25,834 nt of DNA from Candidatus Micrarchaeia archaeon (GTDB lineage: Archaea; Micrarchaeota; Micrarchaeia; Anstonellales; Bilamarchaeaceae): contig JBAZLI010000003.1 in NCBI GenBank assembly GCA_041650355.1, positions 1-25,834 of the forward strand. The letters run 5' to 3'. Positions 1-8,498 of the stretch are shown here, one piece after another. The notes under the pieces are model-generated. The model searched no databases and was not told the DNA's origin. It saw only the letters and a program-made list of their open reading frames with translations. Position 1 is the first letter of the stretch, and each line of letters starts with the position of its first letter. Made by a program: the position numbers and the translations under genes.

Positions 1-77
1 GTCTCCGCGATATGGCTCCCCACCATCCCGGTGGCCCCCGTGAGGAACACGTTCTTTCCGTTCCAGAATTTGTCCAT
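1..77 (-). CDS. rfbG: CDP-glucose 4,6-dehydratase, N-terminal fragment; the gene continues beyond the window start
   Basis: The reverse complement of 1-77 reads MDKFWNGKNVFLTGATGMVGSHIAE. This gives an NAD-binding Rossmann GxxGxxG motif typical of the N-terminus of CDP-glucose 4,6-dehydratases. The ATG at 77..75 lies 4 nt after the stop of the upstream rfbF, so the two are probably in one operon. Only 25 codons are visible. Confidence 0.45.
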   Translation of the reverse strand, partial: MDKFWNGKNVFLTGATGMVGSHIAE

Positions 78-81
78 GCAA

Positions 82-846
82 TCACCAGACTTTCCAGGGC
101 GCCTTTCCGGAAACCCAGAGCTCCTCGAGGTCGTTCTTGTCCCTGAGTTTGTCCATGGGCTTCCAAAAGCCGGAGTGTCTGTACGCCATCATACCCCCTT
201 CGGCAGAAAGCTTTTCCGCCGGTTCCCGTTCCCAGGCGGTTTCGTCCCCTTTTATGTAATCGAACACAGCAGGCTCAAGCACGAAGAAGCCGCCGTTTAT
301 CCAAACGCCGTCGCCCTTGGGCTTTTCCGAGAAATTTTTCACGGATTCCCCCTCGATGTTCAGCACTCCGAAGCGGCCCGGCGGCTGCACCGCAGTCACA
401 GTTGCGGGCTTCCCGTGCTTTTTGTGGAATTGGACCAGGTCCCTGATGTTTATGTCCGAAAGTCCGTCCCCGTAAGTAAGCATGAATGCACCGTCTATGT
501 ACTTCTGGACTTTCTTCACCCTCCCGCCAGTCTGCGTTTCCAATCCTGTATCCACGAGGGTGACCTTCCAGTCCTCGCTGTGCGTGTCGTGCACTTCCAT
601 CTTGTTGCTTTTCAGGTCTATTGTGATGTCCGAGCGGTGCAAAAAGTAGTTGGCGAACCATTCCTTTATCATGTAGCCCTTGTAGCCGAGGCACACCACG
701 AACTCGTTGAAGCCGTAGTGCGAGTATGTTTTCATTATGTGCCACAAGATGGGCATGCCGCCTATTTCGACCATGGGCTTCGGCCTCACGCTGGTCTCCT
801 CGCTCAGCCGTGTGCCCAGCCCCCCTGCAAGAATAATAGTCTTCAT
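82..846 (-). CDS. rfbF: glucose-1-phosphate cytidylyltransferase
   Basis: The 254-aa product starts MKTIILAGGLGTRLSEETSVRPKPMVEIGGMPILWHIMK and continues through YGDG, PPGRFG, INGGFFVL and GFWKPMDKLRDK. This is the near-invariant signature of the RfbF/DdhA family. The ORF track begins at a GTG at 855, but the in-frame ATG at 846 gives the family-consensus N-terminus and has a GGTGG Shine-Dalgarno-like motif upstream. Confidence 0.85.
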   Translation of the reverse strand: MKTIILAGGLGTRLSEETSVRPKPMVEIGGMPILWHIMKTYSHYGFNEFVVCLGYKGYMIKEWFANYFLHRSDITIDLKSNKMEVHDTHSEDWKVTLVDTGLETQTGGRVKKVQKYIDGAFMLTYGDGLSDINIRDLVQFHKKHGKPATVTAVQPPGRFGVLNIEGESVKNFSEKPKGDGVWINGGFFVLEPAVFDYIKGDETAWEREPAEKLSAEGGMMAYRHSGFWKPMDKLRDKNDLEELWVSGKAPWKVW

Positions 847-880
847 ATAGCCCACCTACCTAAGTTCTGCGGGAGTTTTT

Positions 881-1549
881 TTAAATAGTCTGATTAAGCT
901 CCTTGAATTTTTTTATGCCCTTGGGAGTCCCTATGTCGTATATGGCGCATTCGGTTTCATAAGCCAGCAGCGCACCTTCATAAGCCAATTTCGGGAAAAT
1001 CTCCCTTTCCAGGCTTATCTCCATCCTCTTCGCGTAATCCGGGAGGTCCTTCCTCCTGATGAAGCACATGCCAGTGTAAACCTTTCCCTTTCCTTCGGTC
1101 GATTTCTCCATGAATTCGGCCACTTTCCCGTCCGCAGTCCTGACCGCCCCCCGCGCCTTCCTCTCCTCGTTGGAGAGCAGGAGCGCGCTCCTGTTCCTGT
1201 TCTCGCAGAAGGACATGAAGCCCCGGAGGTCGAGCGGATAGAGGAAAGTGTCCCCGTTGCACACGAAGAAGCGGTTCGGGAGGTCCTTCTTCATGTAAAT
1301 CAGGGCCCCGCCGGTTCCGAGCGGCTCATCTTCCACGAGCACATCCACATTGTCATCCTTGAATTTGAGGAATTCCTCGCCTTTGTAGCCGGCAAGCAGT
1401 ATTATCCTGTCGAAATGGCCCGAGTAAAGCCTTATGAGGTGCGAAAGGAACGCCTTCCCGTTTACCTTTATGAGCGATTTCGGGACCTTTCGCGTGATTG
1501 CACCAAGCCTTCTGCCCTTTCCACCGCACAATATGTACAGAATGCGCAT
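881..1549 (-). CDS. hddC: sugar-1-phosphate nucleotidyltransferase, probably D-glycero-alpha-D-manno-heptose-1-phosphate guanylyltransferase (HddC-like)
   Basis: The 223-aa product starts MRILYILCGGKGRRLGAITRKVPKSLIKVNGKAF with a G-rich NTP-binding loop, followed by EDEPLGTGGAL and FFVCNGDTF, which is a nucleotidyltransferase fold. The assignment to HddC is by context: it sits divergently from hddA-gmhA-gmhB. The ORF track extends it to 1885, but that N-terminal extension overlaps hddA and has no protein-like composition. The ATG at 1549 is verified. Confidence 0.6.
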   Translation of the reverse strand: MRILYILCGGKGRRLGAITRKVPKSLIKVNGKAFLSHLIRLYSGHFDRIILLAGYKGEEFLKFKDDNVDVLVEDEPLGTGGALIYMKKDLPNRFFVCNGDTFLYPLDLRGFMSFCENRNRSALLLSNEERKARGAVRTADGKVAEFMEKSTEGKGKVYTGMCFIRRKDLPDYAKRMEISLEREIFPKLAYEGALLAYETECAIYDIGTPKGIKKFKELNQTI

Positions 1550-1615
1550 AATCCTGTTTTTCAGCAAATATTTATAATCGCGAATGCTATTAATATCGGA
1601 TTTCTGGGGAAACTT
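1550..1615. promoter_or_regulatory. divergent AT-rich promoter region between hddC(-) and hddA(+)
   Basis: A 66-nt AT-rich spacer (tttataatcgcgaatgctattaatatcgg) carries TATA-like boxes in both orientations about 25-30 nt from each start codon. Confidence 0.5.
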
Positions 1616-2623
1616 ATGGTTAAGACGATAAAATCGCGCGCACCCATGCGCATAAGCTTCGCAGGCGGAGGCACTGACGTGGCCCCGTTCAGCGACGAGT
1701 ACGGGGGCGCGGTGCTCAACACCGCGATTTCCAAGTACGCCTACGTGACGCTCATCGAGAGAGACAGCGGCATAGTGCTCAAGTCCTCGGAATACATTCC
1801 GGGGCTCCAGTACAACGAGAAGCGCGAGCTTGTGGAAGACGGGAAGGTTGACATACTCAAGGCGACGATAAAGAACTACCTGCACAGCAGCAAGGGGATG
1901 GAAATTTCCTTCTTTCTTGACGCGCCCAGGCGTTCTGGTCTCGGCGCATCGGCATCGGCGTTCGTGGCGCTGCTTTCAGCGATAAACCAGGCCGAATCCC
2001 TGAGCATGACCCGGAAGAGGATTGCCGAGGAGGCGTGGCGGCTGGAGCGCGAGGAGCTCAACAACATCGGGGGCAAGCAGGACCAGTACGTGAGCGCCTT
2101 CGGCGGGATAAACTACCTGGAATTCTCTTCGAAGGGCGTGGACGTTTTCCCGCTCAGAATGGATGACAGGACCGCGATGGAGATGGAAAGCAGGATAATA
2201 ATATTTTATTACATGCCTAGGGACGCCTCCGGGGCCGTGCTCGAAAGGCAGATAGCGAACGTGATGGAAAAGAAGAAGGAGACGATAGACGCGCTTCTCA
2301 GGAGCAGGGAGATTGCAAGAGAGATGAAGCAGCTGCTCCTGAACGGCGACGTTGAAGGGGTGGGGAGACTTCTCGACGAGGGCTGGATGGAGAAGAAGAA
2401 ATTCTCGGATTCTATTTCATCCCCGGAAATTGATTCGCTCTACGCCCACCTGAAGGAGAAGGGCGTCATCGGGGGGAAGATAAGCGGCGCAGGCGGAGGG
2501 GGCTTCATGTTCGTCCTGTGCGAGGAGAACAAAACTCTTGACGTTTACTATTACCTGCTCGAGCTTGGGCTCTCGCCCATATTCCTGAGCATAGACAAAA
2601 GGGGTGCGGCGACATGGGCGTGA
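1616..2623 (+). CDS. hddA: GHMP-family sugar kinase, D-glycero-alpha-D-manno-heptose 7-phosphate kinase-like
   Basis: The 336-aa product starts MVKTIKSRAPMRISFAGGGTDV. It has the GHMP motif PRRSGLGASASAFVALLSAI and a C-terminal GGKISGAGGGGFMFVL. The start at 1616 was chosen over the ORF-track start at 1415 because the upstream part overlaps hddC and the promoter. It overlaps gmhA by 10 nt. Confidence 0.75.
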   Translation: MVKTIKSRAPMRISFAGGGTDVAPFSDEYGGAVLNTAISKYAYVTLIERDSGIVLKSSEYIPGLQYNEKRELVEDGKVDILKATIKNYLHSSKGMEISFFLDAPRRSGLGASASAFVALLSAINQAESLSMTRKRIAEEAWRLEREELNNIGGKQDQYVSAFGGINYLEFSSKGVDVFPLRMDDRTAMEMESRIIIFYYMPRDASGAVLERQIANVMEKKKETIDALLRSREIAREMKQLLLNGDVEGVGRLLDEGWMEKKKFSDSISSPEIDSLYAHLKEKGVIGGKISGAGGGGFMFVLCEENKTLDVYYYLLELGLSPIFLSIDKRGAATWA

Positions 2624-3177
2624 GCGAAGGGAAGAAGGGCCTCGCGGAGGCGCTGGAAAAAATCAGCGGGGCGGAAATAGTTGAATGCTCCGCGGCGCTT
2701 GCGGACGCGCTGAAGCGCGGGAACAAGATACTTATTGCGGGCAATGGAGGGAGCGCAGCCGACGCCCAGCATTTCGCGGCTGAATTGGTGTGCACATTTG
2801 AAGACAGGGGAAGAAAGGCGCTTCCCGCATATGCGCTCACCACGAATTCAAGCGTGATGAGCGCGTGGGCGAACGATTTTTCCTTTGATTCCGTATTCAG
2901 CAGGCAGGTTGAAGCGCTCGGGAGCAGAGGGGACGCGCTGGTTTCCATCACCACGAGCGGGAAATCCAAGAATATTCTACTTGCGATGGAAAAGGCGAGG
3001 GAAAAAGGGCTGAAGAACATCCTGCTTTCAGGAAAAGGCGGAGGGGACGCGGCGAAGCTCGCGGACATCGCGATAATTGTTGATTCGAGCAGCACGCCCC
3101 GCATACAGGAATGCCACATATTCTGCATACACGAGATATGCGCGATTCTGGACAGGGAGTTCAAAGATGAAAAATAA
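2614..3177 (+). CDS. gmhA: phosphoheptose isomerase (SIS domain); D-sedoheptulose 7-phosphate isomerase
   Basis: The 187-aa product has the SIS-domain hallmarks KILIAGNGGSAADAQHFAAEL, SVFSRQVEALG, ALVSITTSGKSKNIL and a conserved C-terminal QECHI.C.HEIC.ILD. Confidence 0.85.
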   Translation: MGVSEGKKGLAEALEKISGAEIVECSAALADALKRGNKILIAGNGGSAADAQHFAAELVCTFEDRGRKALPAYALTTNSSVMSAWANDFSFDSVFSRQVEALGSRGDALVSITTSGKSKNILLAMEKAREKGLKNILLSGKGGGDAAKLADIAIIVDSSSTPRIQECHIFCIHEICAILDREFKDEK

Positions 3178-3631
3178 GGCGCTTTTCCTGGACCGGGACG
3201 GGACGATAATCGAGCATGTGCCCTATATAAGCGACCCTGCGAAAGTGGGGCTCGTAATGCCCGTAATCCGGAAAATGCTGGAGTTCCAGCGCAAGAATTA
3301 CCTCGTCATAATAATAACCAACCAGTCTGGAATCGCGCGCGGATTTATAACGCAAGAGGAGTATGATGCAGTTAATACGAAGATGCTCAAGCTGCTCGAA
3401 ATCGCGGGCGTAAGAATAACCGGTATTTTCATGTGCCCTTCGCATCCTGATGAAAAAGACCCGCGGAGGAAGCCGAACCCAGGCATGATCCTGGAAGCGG
3501 CGGAGAAATTCAACATCGACCTGCCCGAGTCAATCATGGTCGGGGACTCAGAGAACGATTTGGAGGCCGGGAAAAGGGCTGGAGTGAAAATATCGCTTCC
3601 GGTCGCGAAATTCCTTAATTTCTCACTCTGA
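3167..3631 (+). CDS. gmhB: D,D-heptose 1,7-bisphosphate phosphatase (HAD superfamily, histidinol-phosphatase-like)
   Basis: The 154-aa product starts MKNKALFLDRDGTII, giving the DxDGT HAD motif I. It continues ITNQSGIARG, CPSHP.....RKPNPGM and MVGDSENDLEAGKRAG, which are HAD motifs II-IV. The ATG at 3167 is verified and overlaps the gmhA stop. Confidence 0.8.
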   Translation: MKNKALFLDRDGTIIEHVPYISDPAKVGLVMPVIRKMLEFQRKNYLVIIITNQSGIARGFITQEEYDAVNTKMLKLLEIAGVRITGIFMCPSHPDEKDPRRKPNPGMILEAAEKFNIDLPESIMVGDSENDLEAGKRAGVKISLPVAKFLNFSL

Positions 3632-5248
3632 GCGCATGAGCATCCACACGATTTCCACGTGCGAGTCCTTCATGCCGACGCGCCTGAAAGCAGAGCGCAG
3701 GAGCTCTATGTCCTCCTTTCCGAAAGCCCTGAGGAGCGAGAGGAAGACGAAATAAATGGCGCAGCAAACGAGGAACAGAATTCCCAGGACTCCGAACTGC
3801 CATACCTTCTGGAAAGCCGGGCTGGAAGCTATTTCAGCCGGAAGAGGGACGCTGAACCCGAATAAAACCGCGAAATAATCCTTCAGCAGGAGGAAAGCGC
3901 CCAGGGCCAGGAGGGCGGCAAGGAAGGGGCGCACGCTGCCGGCTAGGAAAGTGCCGCCCGCGAACTTTCTGGAATAGTAAATCAGCAGGAGCGAAACCGA
4001 GATAAGGGCGATTGCTGAAGCGAACGCCGCGCCCTCCATCCCGTAGCCGGGTATGAGCAGGACATTGAGAACCACGTTGAGGAGCGCTCCGAACACCGCG
4101 ATTCCCAGTTCCACTTTCATCAGCCTCATCGCCGCAAGGACCGAACTGTGAACCGTGCTCGCGGTCCTGAGGAACACCCCTATTGTGAAGATGGAGAGCA
4201 CAAGCGCCCCGGATGCATACGCAGAGCCGTAGAAAAGCACGAGTATCTCTTTCGGGAGCGATATGAGCAGCATCGCCGCCGGAACCATGAGTATGAGCAC
4301 CCAGCGCGTCGCGAACGTCGAGCTTTCAAGCATCTCTTTCTTCTTGCCCTTCGCATAAAGCTCGGATATTATCGGAAGGAATATGTTGCCTAGCGCGGAC
4401 GGGAATATGGAGACCACCCCTCCGAGCGTGGTAGCCATTGCGTACACCGCTATTACGCCCGCGGCCTTTGAGGGGTCTATCATGTATCCCAGCATTATCC
4501 TGTCGCTCGACGAGATGAGGATCCACATCGCTGTTATGACCGAGAGCACGGCTCCGAAAGGGACCGCCTCCTTCAGCGCCTCCACCTGGTCTTTCAAGCT
4601 GACTTCCGAGGCTATGCCGCTCTCATCAATCATCTTCTTCACGTACCAGAAAGAGAGGAGGGCCGCGAGCACGAACGAAGCCACATAAGCAGCGGTGAGG
4701 CTCAGCACGCTGGAGCCGATGAAAACGAAAAGCAACACAGTGAGCACGAGCTTGAGGGCGTGCTGGCTGTTGGAAAGCAGGACCTGCGTCCGCACGTTCT
4801 TCATGCTCAGGAGCGAGTAGCTGTTCAGGTTGAGCAGGCTGTTCACGAGCACGAAGAACGCGAGCACCTGCATTACTATTTCTAGGTCCGGATTCCCGGC
4901 GCTCTCTGCGATGTAGGGCGCCCCTATCATTATGAGAATGCCCATGAGCACCGAAAAGAAAGTGACGAACCAGTATGCGCCCCTCAGCAGCGCATATGCC
5001 TTCTTTTTCTCGCCTTTCCCCATATAGTACGGTATGAAGCGTGTGAAGGCCGCGAACAGTCCCAGATCCCCGAAAATCCCGAGTATGCTTATGAAGCCCA
5101 GTCCGAGGTAGAAAGTGCCTATGTCCTGCTGGCTGAACAGGCGCGTGGACACCATAAGGTAAACGAAAGAGATGATTTTGAAGAACAGGTTGCCGACAAG
5201 GCCCCACACAGTGCCCTTCACGACCGTTTTTTGTTCCTCGAGCGCCAT
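3623..5248 (-). CDS. wzx: polysaccharide/oligosaccharide flippase of the MOP superfamily (Wzx-like)
   Basis: The 541-aa product is strongly hydrophobic throughout, with about 12-14 predicted TM segments. The N-terminal VKGTVWGLVGNLFFKIISFVYLMVSTRLFSQQDIGTFYL is typical of the polysaccharide biosynthesis protein (Wzx/RfbX) family. It is convergent with gmhB, with a 9-nt overlap of the 3' ends. Confidence 0.75.
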   Translation of the reverse strand: MALEEQKTVVKGTVWGLVGNLFFKIISFVYLMVSTRLFSQQDIGTFYLGLGFISILGIFGDLGLFAAFTRFIPYYMGKGEKKKAYALLRGAYWFVTFFSVLMGILIMIGAPYIAESAGNPDLEIVMQVLAFFVLVNSLLNLNSYSLLSMKNVRTQVLLSNSQHALKLVLTVLLFVFIGSSVLSLTAAYVASFVLAALLSFWYVKKMIDESGIASEVSLKDQVEALKEAVPFGAVLSVITAMWILISSSDRIMLGYMIDPSKAAGVIAVYAMATTLGGVVSIFPSALGNIFLPIISELYAKGKKKEMLESSTFATRWVLILMVPAAMLLISLPKEILVLFYGSAYASGALVLSIFTIGVFLRTASTVHSSVLAAMRLMKVELGIAVFGALLNVVLNVLLIPGYGMEGAAFASAIALISVSLLLIYYSRKFAGGTFLAGSVRPFLAALLALGAFLLLKDYFAVLFGFSVPLPAEIASSPAFQKVWQFGVLGILFLVCCAIYFVFLSLLRAFGKEDIELLRSAFRRVGMKDSHVEIVWMLMRSE

Positions 5249-5329
5249 CGCACTACCTTTTTACAATCTGGTTTCACTTCTCCACCTCTATTTATTAAAT
5301 TTCTTCAATATTTATTTCCGGTCATTCTC
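5249..5329. promoter_or_regulatory. divergent promoter region for wzx(-) and gatE(+)
   Basis: An AT-rich spacer with tttattaaatttcttcaatatttattt about 25 nt upstream of the gatE ATG. Confidence 0.45.
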
Positions 5330-7102
5330 ATGAAGCTAGGCCTTGAAATCCACCAGCGGCTGGATACGCACAAGCTTTTCTGCAGCTGCCCAGCGAAAGA
5401 GGGCAGAGGCGAGCCCAAAAAAGTCGTGCGCACGCTCCACCCGGTTTACAGCGAGATGGGCGAGGTGGACAAAACATCCCTTGCGGAAGCCGAGAGGGAG
5501 CAGACTTTCGAATACCTGTTTTACGATGACTGCTGCTGCCTCGTGGAGCTTGATGAGGAGCCGCCGCATCCGCTTAACGCGGAAGCCCTGCGCATCGGGC
5601 TTGAAATCGCGCTCCAGCTCAAATCCAGGCCCGTGGACGAAGTGCACGTGATGCGCAAAACAGTGATAGACGGGAGCAACACGTCCGGATTCCAGCGCAC
5701 AGCGGTAATCGCGATGGGCGGGAAGGTGGAAAGCAAGAACGGCGACGTGCGCGTGAGCACAGTTGCAATAGAAGAGGAGAGCGCGGGCATAGTTGAGAAA
5801 AAAGGGGGGAGAGCGATATATTCACTCGATAGATTAGGAATTCCGCTGGTCGAGATAGGGACCGAGCCGGACATAAAAAGCCCCGAGCACCTCAGGGAAA
5901 TTGCCGAGAAAATAGGGCTCATGCTCAGGGCTACGGGGAAGGTCATGCGCGGCCTCGGAACGATAAGGCAGGACGTGAACGTGAGTGTGGAAGGCGGCGC
6001 GCGGGTTGAGATAAAAGGCGCCCAGGACTTGAAATCCATTGCGCTTATTGCGGAAAACGAGGCGAAAAGGCAGGAAGCCCTGCTTGCGACAATAAGGGAA
6101 GTTGGGAAAAGATTCGGCGGAAAAGCCGAGTTGAGCGGAAAAATCCTGGACGCGAGCGATTTGTTCAAAGGGACTCAGGCGAAGCTTCTGAAAGCCGGAC
6201 TGGATTCAGGGCAGAAAGTGCTTGGAATGAAGCTGGAAAGGCACGCAGGGCTGCTCGGAAAAGAGATAAACCTGGGCAGGAGGTACGGAACCGAGCTGAG
6301 CGACTATGCGAAAACCGCTGGCGTGAAAGGGCTGATACACAGCGACGAGGACATGGAAAAATACGGAATTGCGGATAAAGAGCATGCCGATATTTGCAGG
6401 ATGCTCAAAATGGAAAAAGAGGATGCGTTCGTGCTTGTGGTCGCGCAGGAAGGCGTTGCAAAAAAAGCCCTGGAAAAAGCGCTTGCGCGGGCAAGGATGG
6501 ATTTCATCCCGAAGGAAACCAGGAAAGCCAACGCGGACGGCACCAGCTCGTTCATGCGCCCTCTTGCAGGGCGCGCGAGGCTTTATCCCGAAACCGACAT
6601 CCCGCCGGTGCGCGTAAGCGCGGAACTGCTCGATGAAACAAGGTCCGGGGCTTCCGAGAGCCTGGAGCAGAAGAGGGAGAAGCTTCTCAAGCTGCTCAAC
6701 AAGGATATGGCAGAACGGATGCTGCGCTCCAGGAACCTGAATGTTTTCGAAAAGCTGGTTGAGATGAAAATCGAGCCTACGCTTGCAGCCGCGACTCTGG
6801 AGGATACGCTCACAATGCTCAGGAGGGAGGGCGTGGAAGTAGGCGGGGAGCATGTGCTCGCGCTTTTCGCAGAGTACCAGAAGGGGAGCTTCGTGAAGGC
6901 CGCGATACCGAATTTGCTGAAGGAAACCGCAAGAGGAAAAAGCTTGGAAAATGCCCTTGACGAGAAGCAGCTGCGGAAAATAAGCGGAGCGGAACTAAGG
7001 AAAATAATAAGGGAAAACAGCAAAAGCATGGCCGCGATAATGGCCAAGTACCGCCTGCGCGTGGATTCAAAGGAGGTTGCGGAGCTGATAAAGTCTATGT
7101 AA
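5330..7102 (+). CDS. gatE: glutamyl-tRNA(Gln) amidotransferase subunit E (archaeal GatE)
   Basis: The 590-aa product starts MKLGLEIHQRLDTHKLFCSCP, matching the GatE N-terminus. It has an inserted AspRS-like domain and a C-terminal YqeY-like tail (AELRKIIRENSKSMAAIMAKY). The ORF track starts earlier at 5231, but that part overlaps the wzx start and promoter. The ATG at 5330 is verified. Confidence 0.9.
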   Translation: MKLGLEIHQRLDTHKLFCSCPAKEGRGEPKKVVRTLHPVYSEMGEVDKTSLAEAEREQTFEYLFYDDCCCLVELDEEPPHPLNAEALRIGLEIALQLKSRPVDEVHVMRKTVIDGSNTSGFQRTAVIAMGGKVESKNGDVRVSTVAIEEESAGIVEKKGGRAIYSLDRLGIPLVEIGTEPDIKSPEHLREIAEKIGLMLRATGKVMRGLGTIRQDVNVSVEGGARVEIKGAQDLKSIALIAENEAKRQEALLATIREVGKRFGGKAELSGKILDASDLFKGTQAKLLKAGLDSGQKVLGMKLERHAGLLGKEINLGRRYGTELSDYAKTAGVKGLIHSDEDMEKYGIADKEHADICRMLKMEKEDAFVLVVAQEGVAKKALEKALARARMDFIPKETRKANADGTSSFMRPLAGRARLYPETDIPPVRVSAELLDETRSGASESLEQKREKLLKLLNKDMAERMLRSRNLNVFEKLVEMKIEPTLAAATLEDTLTMLRREGVEVGGEHVLALFAEYQKGSFVKAAIPNLLKETARGKSLENALDEKQLRKISGAELRKIIRENSKSMAAIMAKYRLRVDSKEVAELIKSM

Positions 7103-7114
7103 CTATGGTTACAT

Positions 7115-8443
7115 TCAATCCTTCAGCGCCCGCTCAACTATTTTTTCGCTCTCGCCCAAATAAGTAGAGTAATCGAACAACTTATCCACTTCCTTTTTGC
7201 CCATCTTCTTCCCAGCTTCGCTCGCGGCAAATAATACCCTGAGATGTTTCCCTTCCCTGAAAGCTTTCTGGCTCAGCTCCCGCACGCATTCGTGCGCCTC
7301 CTGCCTTCCCATCATCCCTCTTTCCGTAATTGCAATCATCAGTCTCTCGGCCATTATCAGGCCGTTGGTGAGCTCCAAATTCCTCTTTATGTTCGCAGGG
7401 AAAAATTCCAGGCCCTCGAGTATCGCAGTAAGCTCCTTCAGCATGTAGTCCAGCACTATGAAGCTCTCGGAAAATATGAATCTTTCGTTCGCCGAGTTAG
7501 TCAGGTCCCTCTCGTGCTCCAGCGCGATGTTCTCCATCGCAACCGCTACATTCCCCCTTACTACGCGCGCAAGGCTGCACACTCTTTCGCTCTTGTGCGG
7601 ATTCCTCTTGTGCGGCATCGTTGAGGAACCCACCTGCTTTTTTCCGAAAGATTCCCCAACCTCCCCAATCTCCGTGCGTTGCAGATTCCTCAGCTCCTTC
7701 GCGATTTTCTCGGCTCCAGCCGCAGTGAGCGCCAATATCCCCAAAATCTCGGCATGTCTGTCTCTCTGCACGATTTGCGTCGCGACCGGCGCAGGCTCCA
7801 GCTTCAGTTCATCCATCACCAGCTTCTCAATTTTCTCCCCCTCCCCTTTGAACGTCGCCATCGTTCCCACAGCTCCGCTCATCTTCCCCACGAGAATCCT
7901 TTTTTTAGCCTCCTTGAGCCTCTGCAGATTCCGCCCTGCTTCCTGGTAATAAAGCGCGAATTTCATCCCATATGTAGTAGGAGTTGCGTGCTGGCCGTGC
8001 GTCCTCCCTATGCAAATAGTTCCCTTATGCGTAACCGCAAGTTTCTTCAGCACAACCCTCAATTCCTTCAGCCTTTCCTCAATCTGCGCAATCGCATCCC
8101 TGAAAATGAGCGCAGTGGCAGTATCCTCAATATCGTAGCTCGTGGCCCCCAGATGCACGTACGCACCCGCGCCCCCTGCCTGCTCGCTGAGCGCCTTCAC
8201 CATAGCCATCAAATCGTGGTGAATCTCATCCTCGATTTCATTCACCCGTTCCATTTTAACCCGGGCCTTTGCACCCTCTATTTTCCCGACTGCATCCCTG
8301 GGAATATTTCCCAGCTTCGCATGCGCCTTCACAAGCGCAATTTCGACATCCATCCACCTGTCCAGCTTCGTCTTGTCGCCGAAAATCCCGCTCATCCCGG
8401 TCCTGTACCTTCCGTCCAAAGGTGAAACGATATCCATAAGCAT
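7115..8443 (-). CDS. purB: adenylosuccinate lyase
   Basis: The 442-aa product has SPLDGRY near the N-terminus, the fumarase/lyase signature GSSTMPHKRNP and TSYDIEDTA. It is convergent with gatE across a 12-nt gap containing the palindrome TGTAACtatgGTTACA. Confidence 0.9.
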   Translation of the reverse strand: MLMDIVSPLDGRYRTGMSGIFGDKTKLDRWMDVEIALVKAHAKLGNIPRDAVGKIEGAKARVKMERVNEIEDEIHHDLMAMVKALSEQAGGAGAYVHLGATSYDIEDTATALIFRDAIAQIEERLKELRVVLKKLAVTHKGTICIGRTHGQHATPTTYGMKFALYYQEAGRNLQRLKEAKKRILVGKMSGAVGTMATFKGEGEKIEKLVMDELKLEPAPVATQIVQRDRHAEILGILALTAAGAEKIAKELRNLQRTEIGEVGESFGKKQVGSSTMPHKRNPHKSERVCSLARVVRGNVAVAMENIALEHERDLTNSANERFIFSESFIVLDYMLKELTAILEGLEFFPANIKRNLELTNGLIMAERLMIAITERGMMGRQEAHECVRELSQKAFREGKHLRVLFAASEAGKKMGKKEVDKLFDYSTYLGESEKIVERALKD

Positions 8444-8498
8444 CCCAATTCCCTTATCGGAAACCGCATTTTAAAGCTTAATCCACGAACATAATTCC

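Noticed and set aside
31-888. 285-aa plus-strand ORF covering the rfbF locus
   Set aside because: It is antisense to a protein with an unmistakable glucose-1-P cytidylyltransferase signature. The product is Pro/Arg/His-rich with no domain features, so it is a shadow ORF.
1415-1615. N-terminal 67-codon extension of the GHMP kinase ORF, and the corresponding 881..1885 extension of the nucleotidyltransferase ORF
   Set aside because: The two extensions overlap each other and the AT-rich divergent promoter. The internal ATGs at 1616 and 1549 reproduce the family-typical N-termini (MVKTIKSRAPMRISFAGGG and MRILYILCGG).
2505-3164. 219-aa minus-strand ORF
   Set aside because: It is antisense to gmhA, is Ser/Ala-rich with low complexity, and has no start context.
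4626-5207. 193-aa minus-strand ORF inside the wzx region, plus several 60-100-aa ORFs at 4148-4688
   Set aside because: These are alternate frames of a gene that encodes a clean 12+ TM flippase. The products are Arg/His-rich, which is typical of GC-rich off-frame translation.
5521-7070. Multiple 80-215-aa ORFs on both strands within gatE
   Set aside because: These are shadow ORFs of the 590-aa GatE. The products are Ser/Arg/Ala-rich with low complexity.
7103-7114. Palindrome TGTAACtatgGTTACA between the convergent gatE and purB stops
   Set aside because: It is a 6-bp stem only. It is plausibly a minimal shared terminator hairpin or coincidence, and too small to support a separate feature.
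7679-8425. 248-aa plus-strand ORF antisense to purB
   Set aside because: PurB carries the fumarate-lyase signature GSSTMPHKRNP on the minus strand. The plus-frame product is compositionally aberrant.
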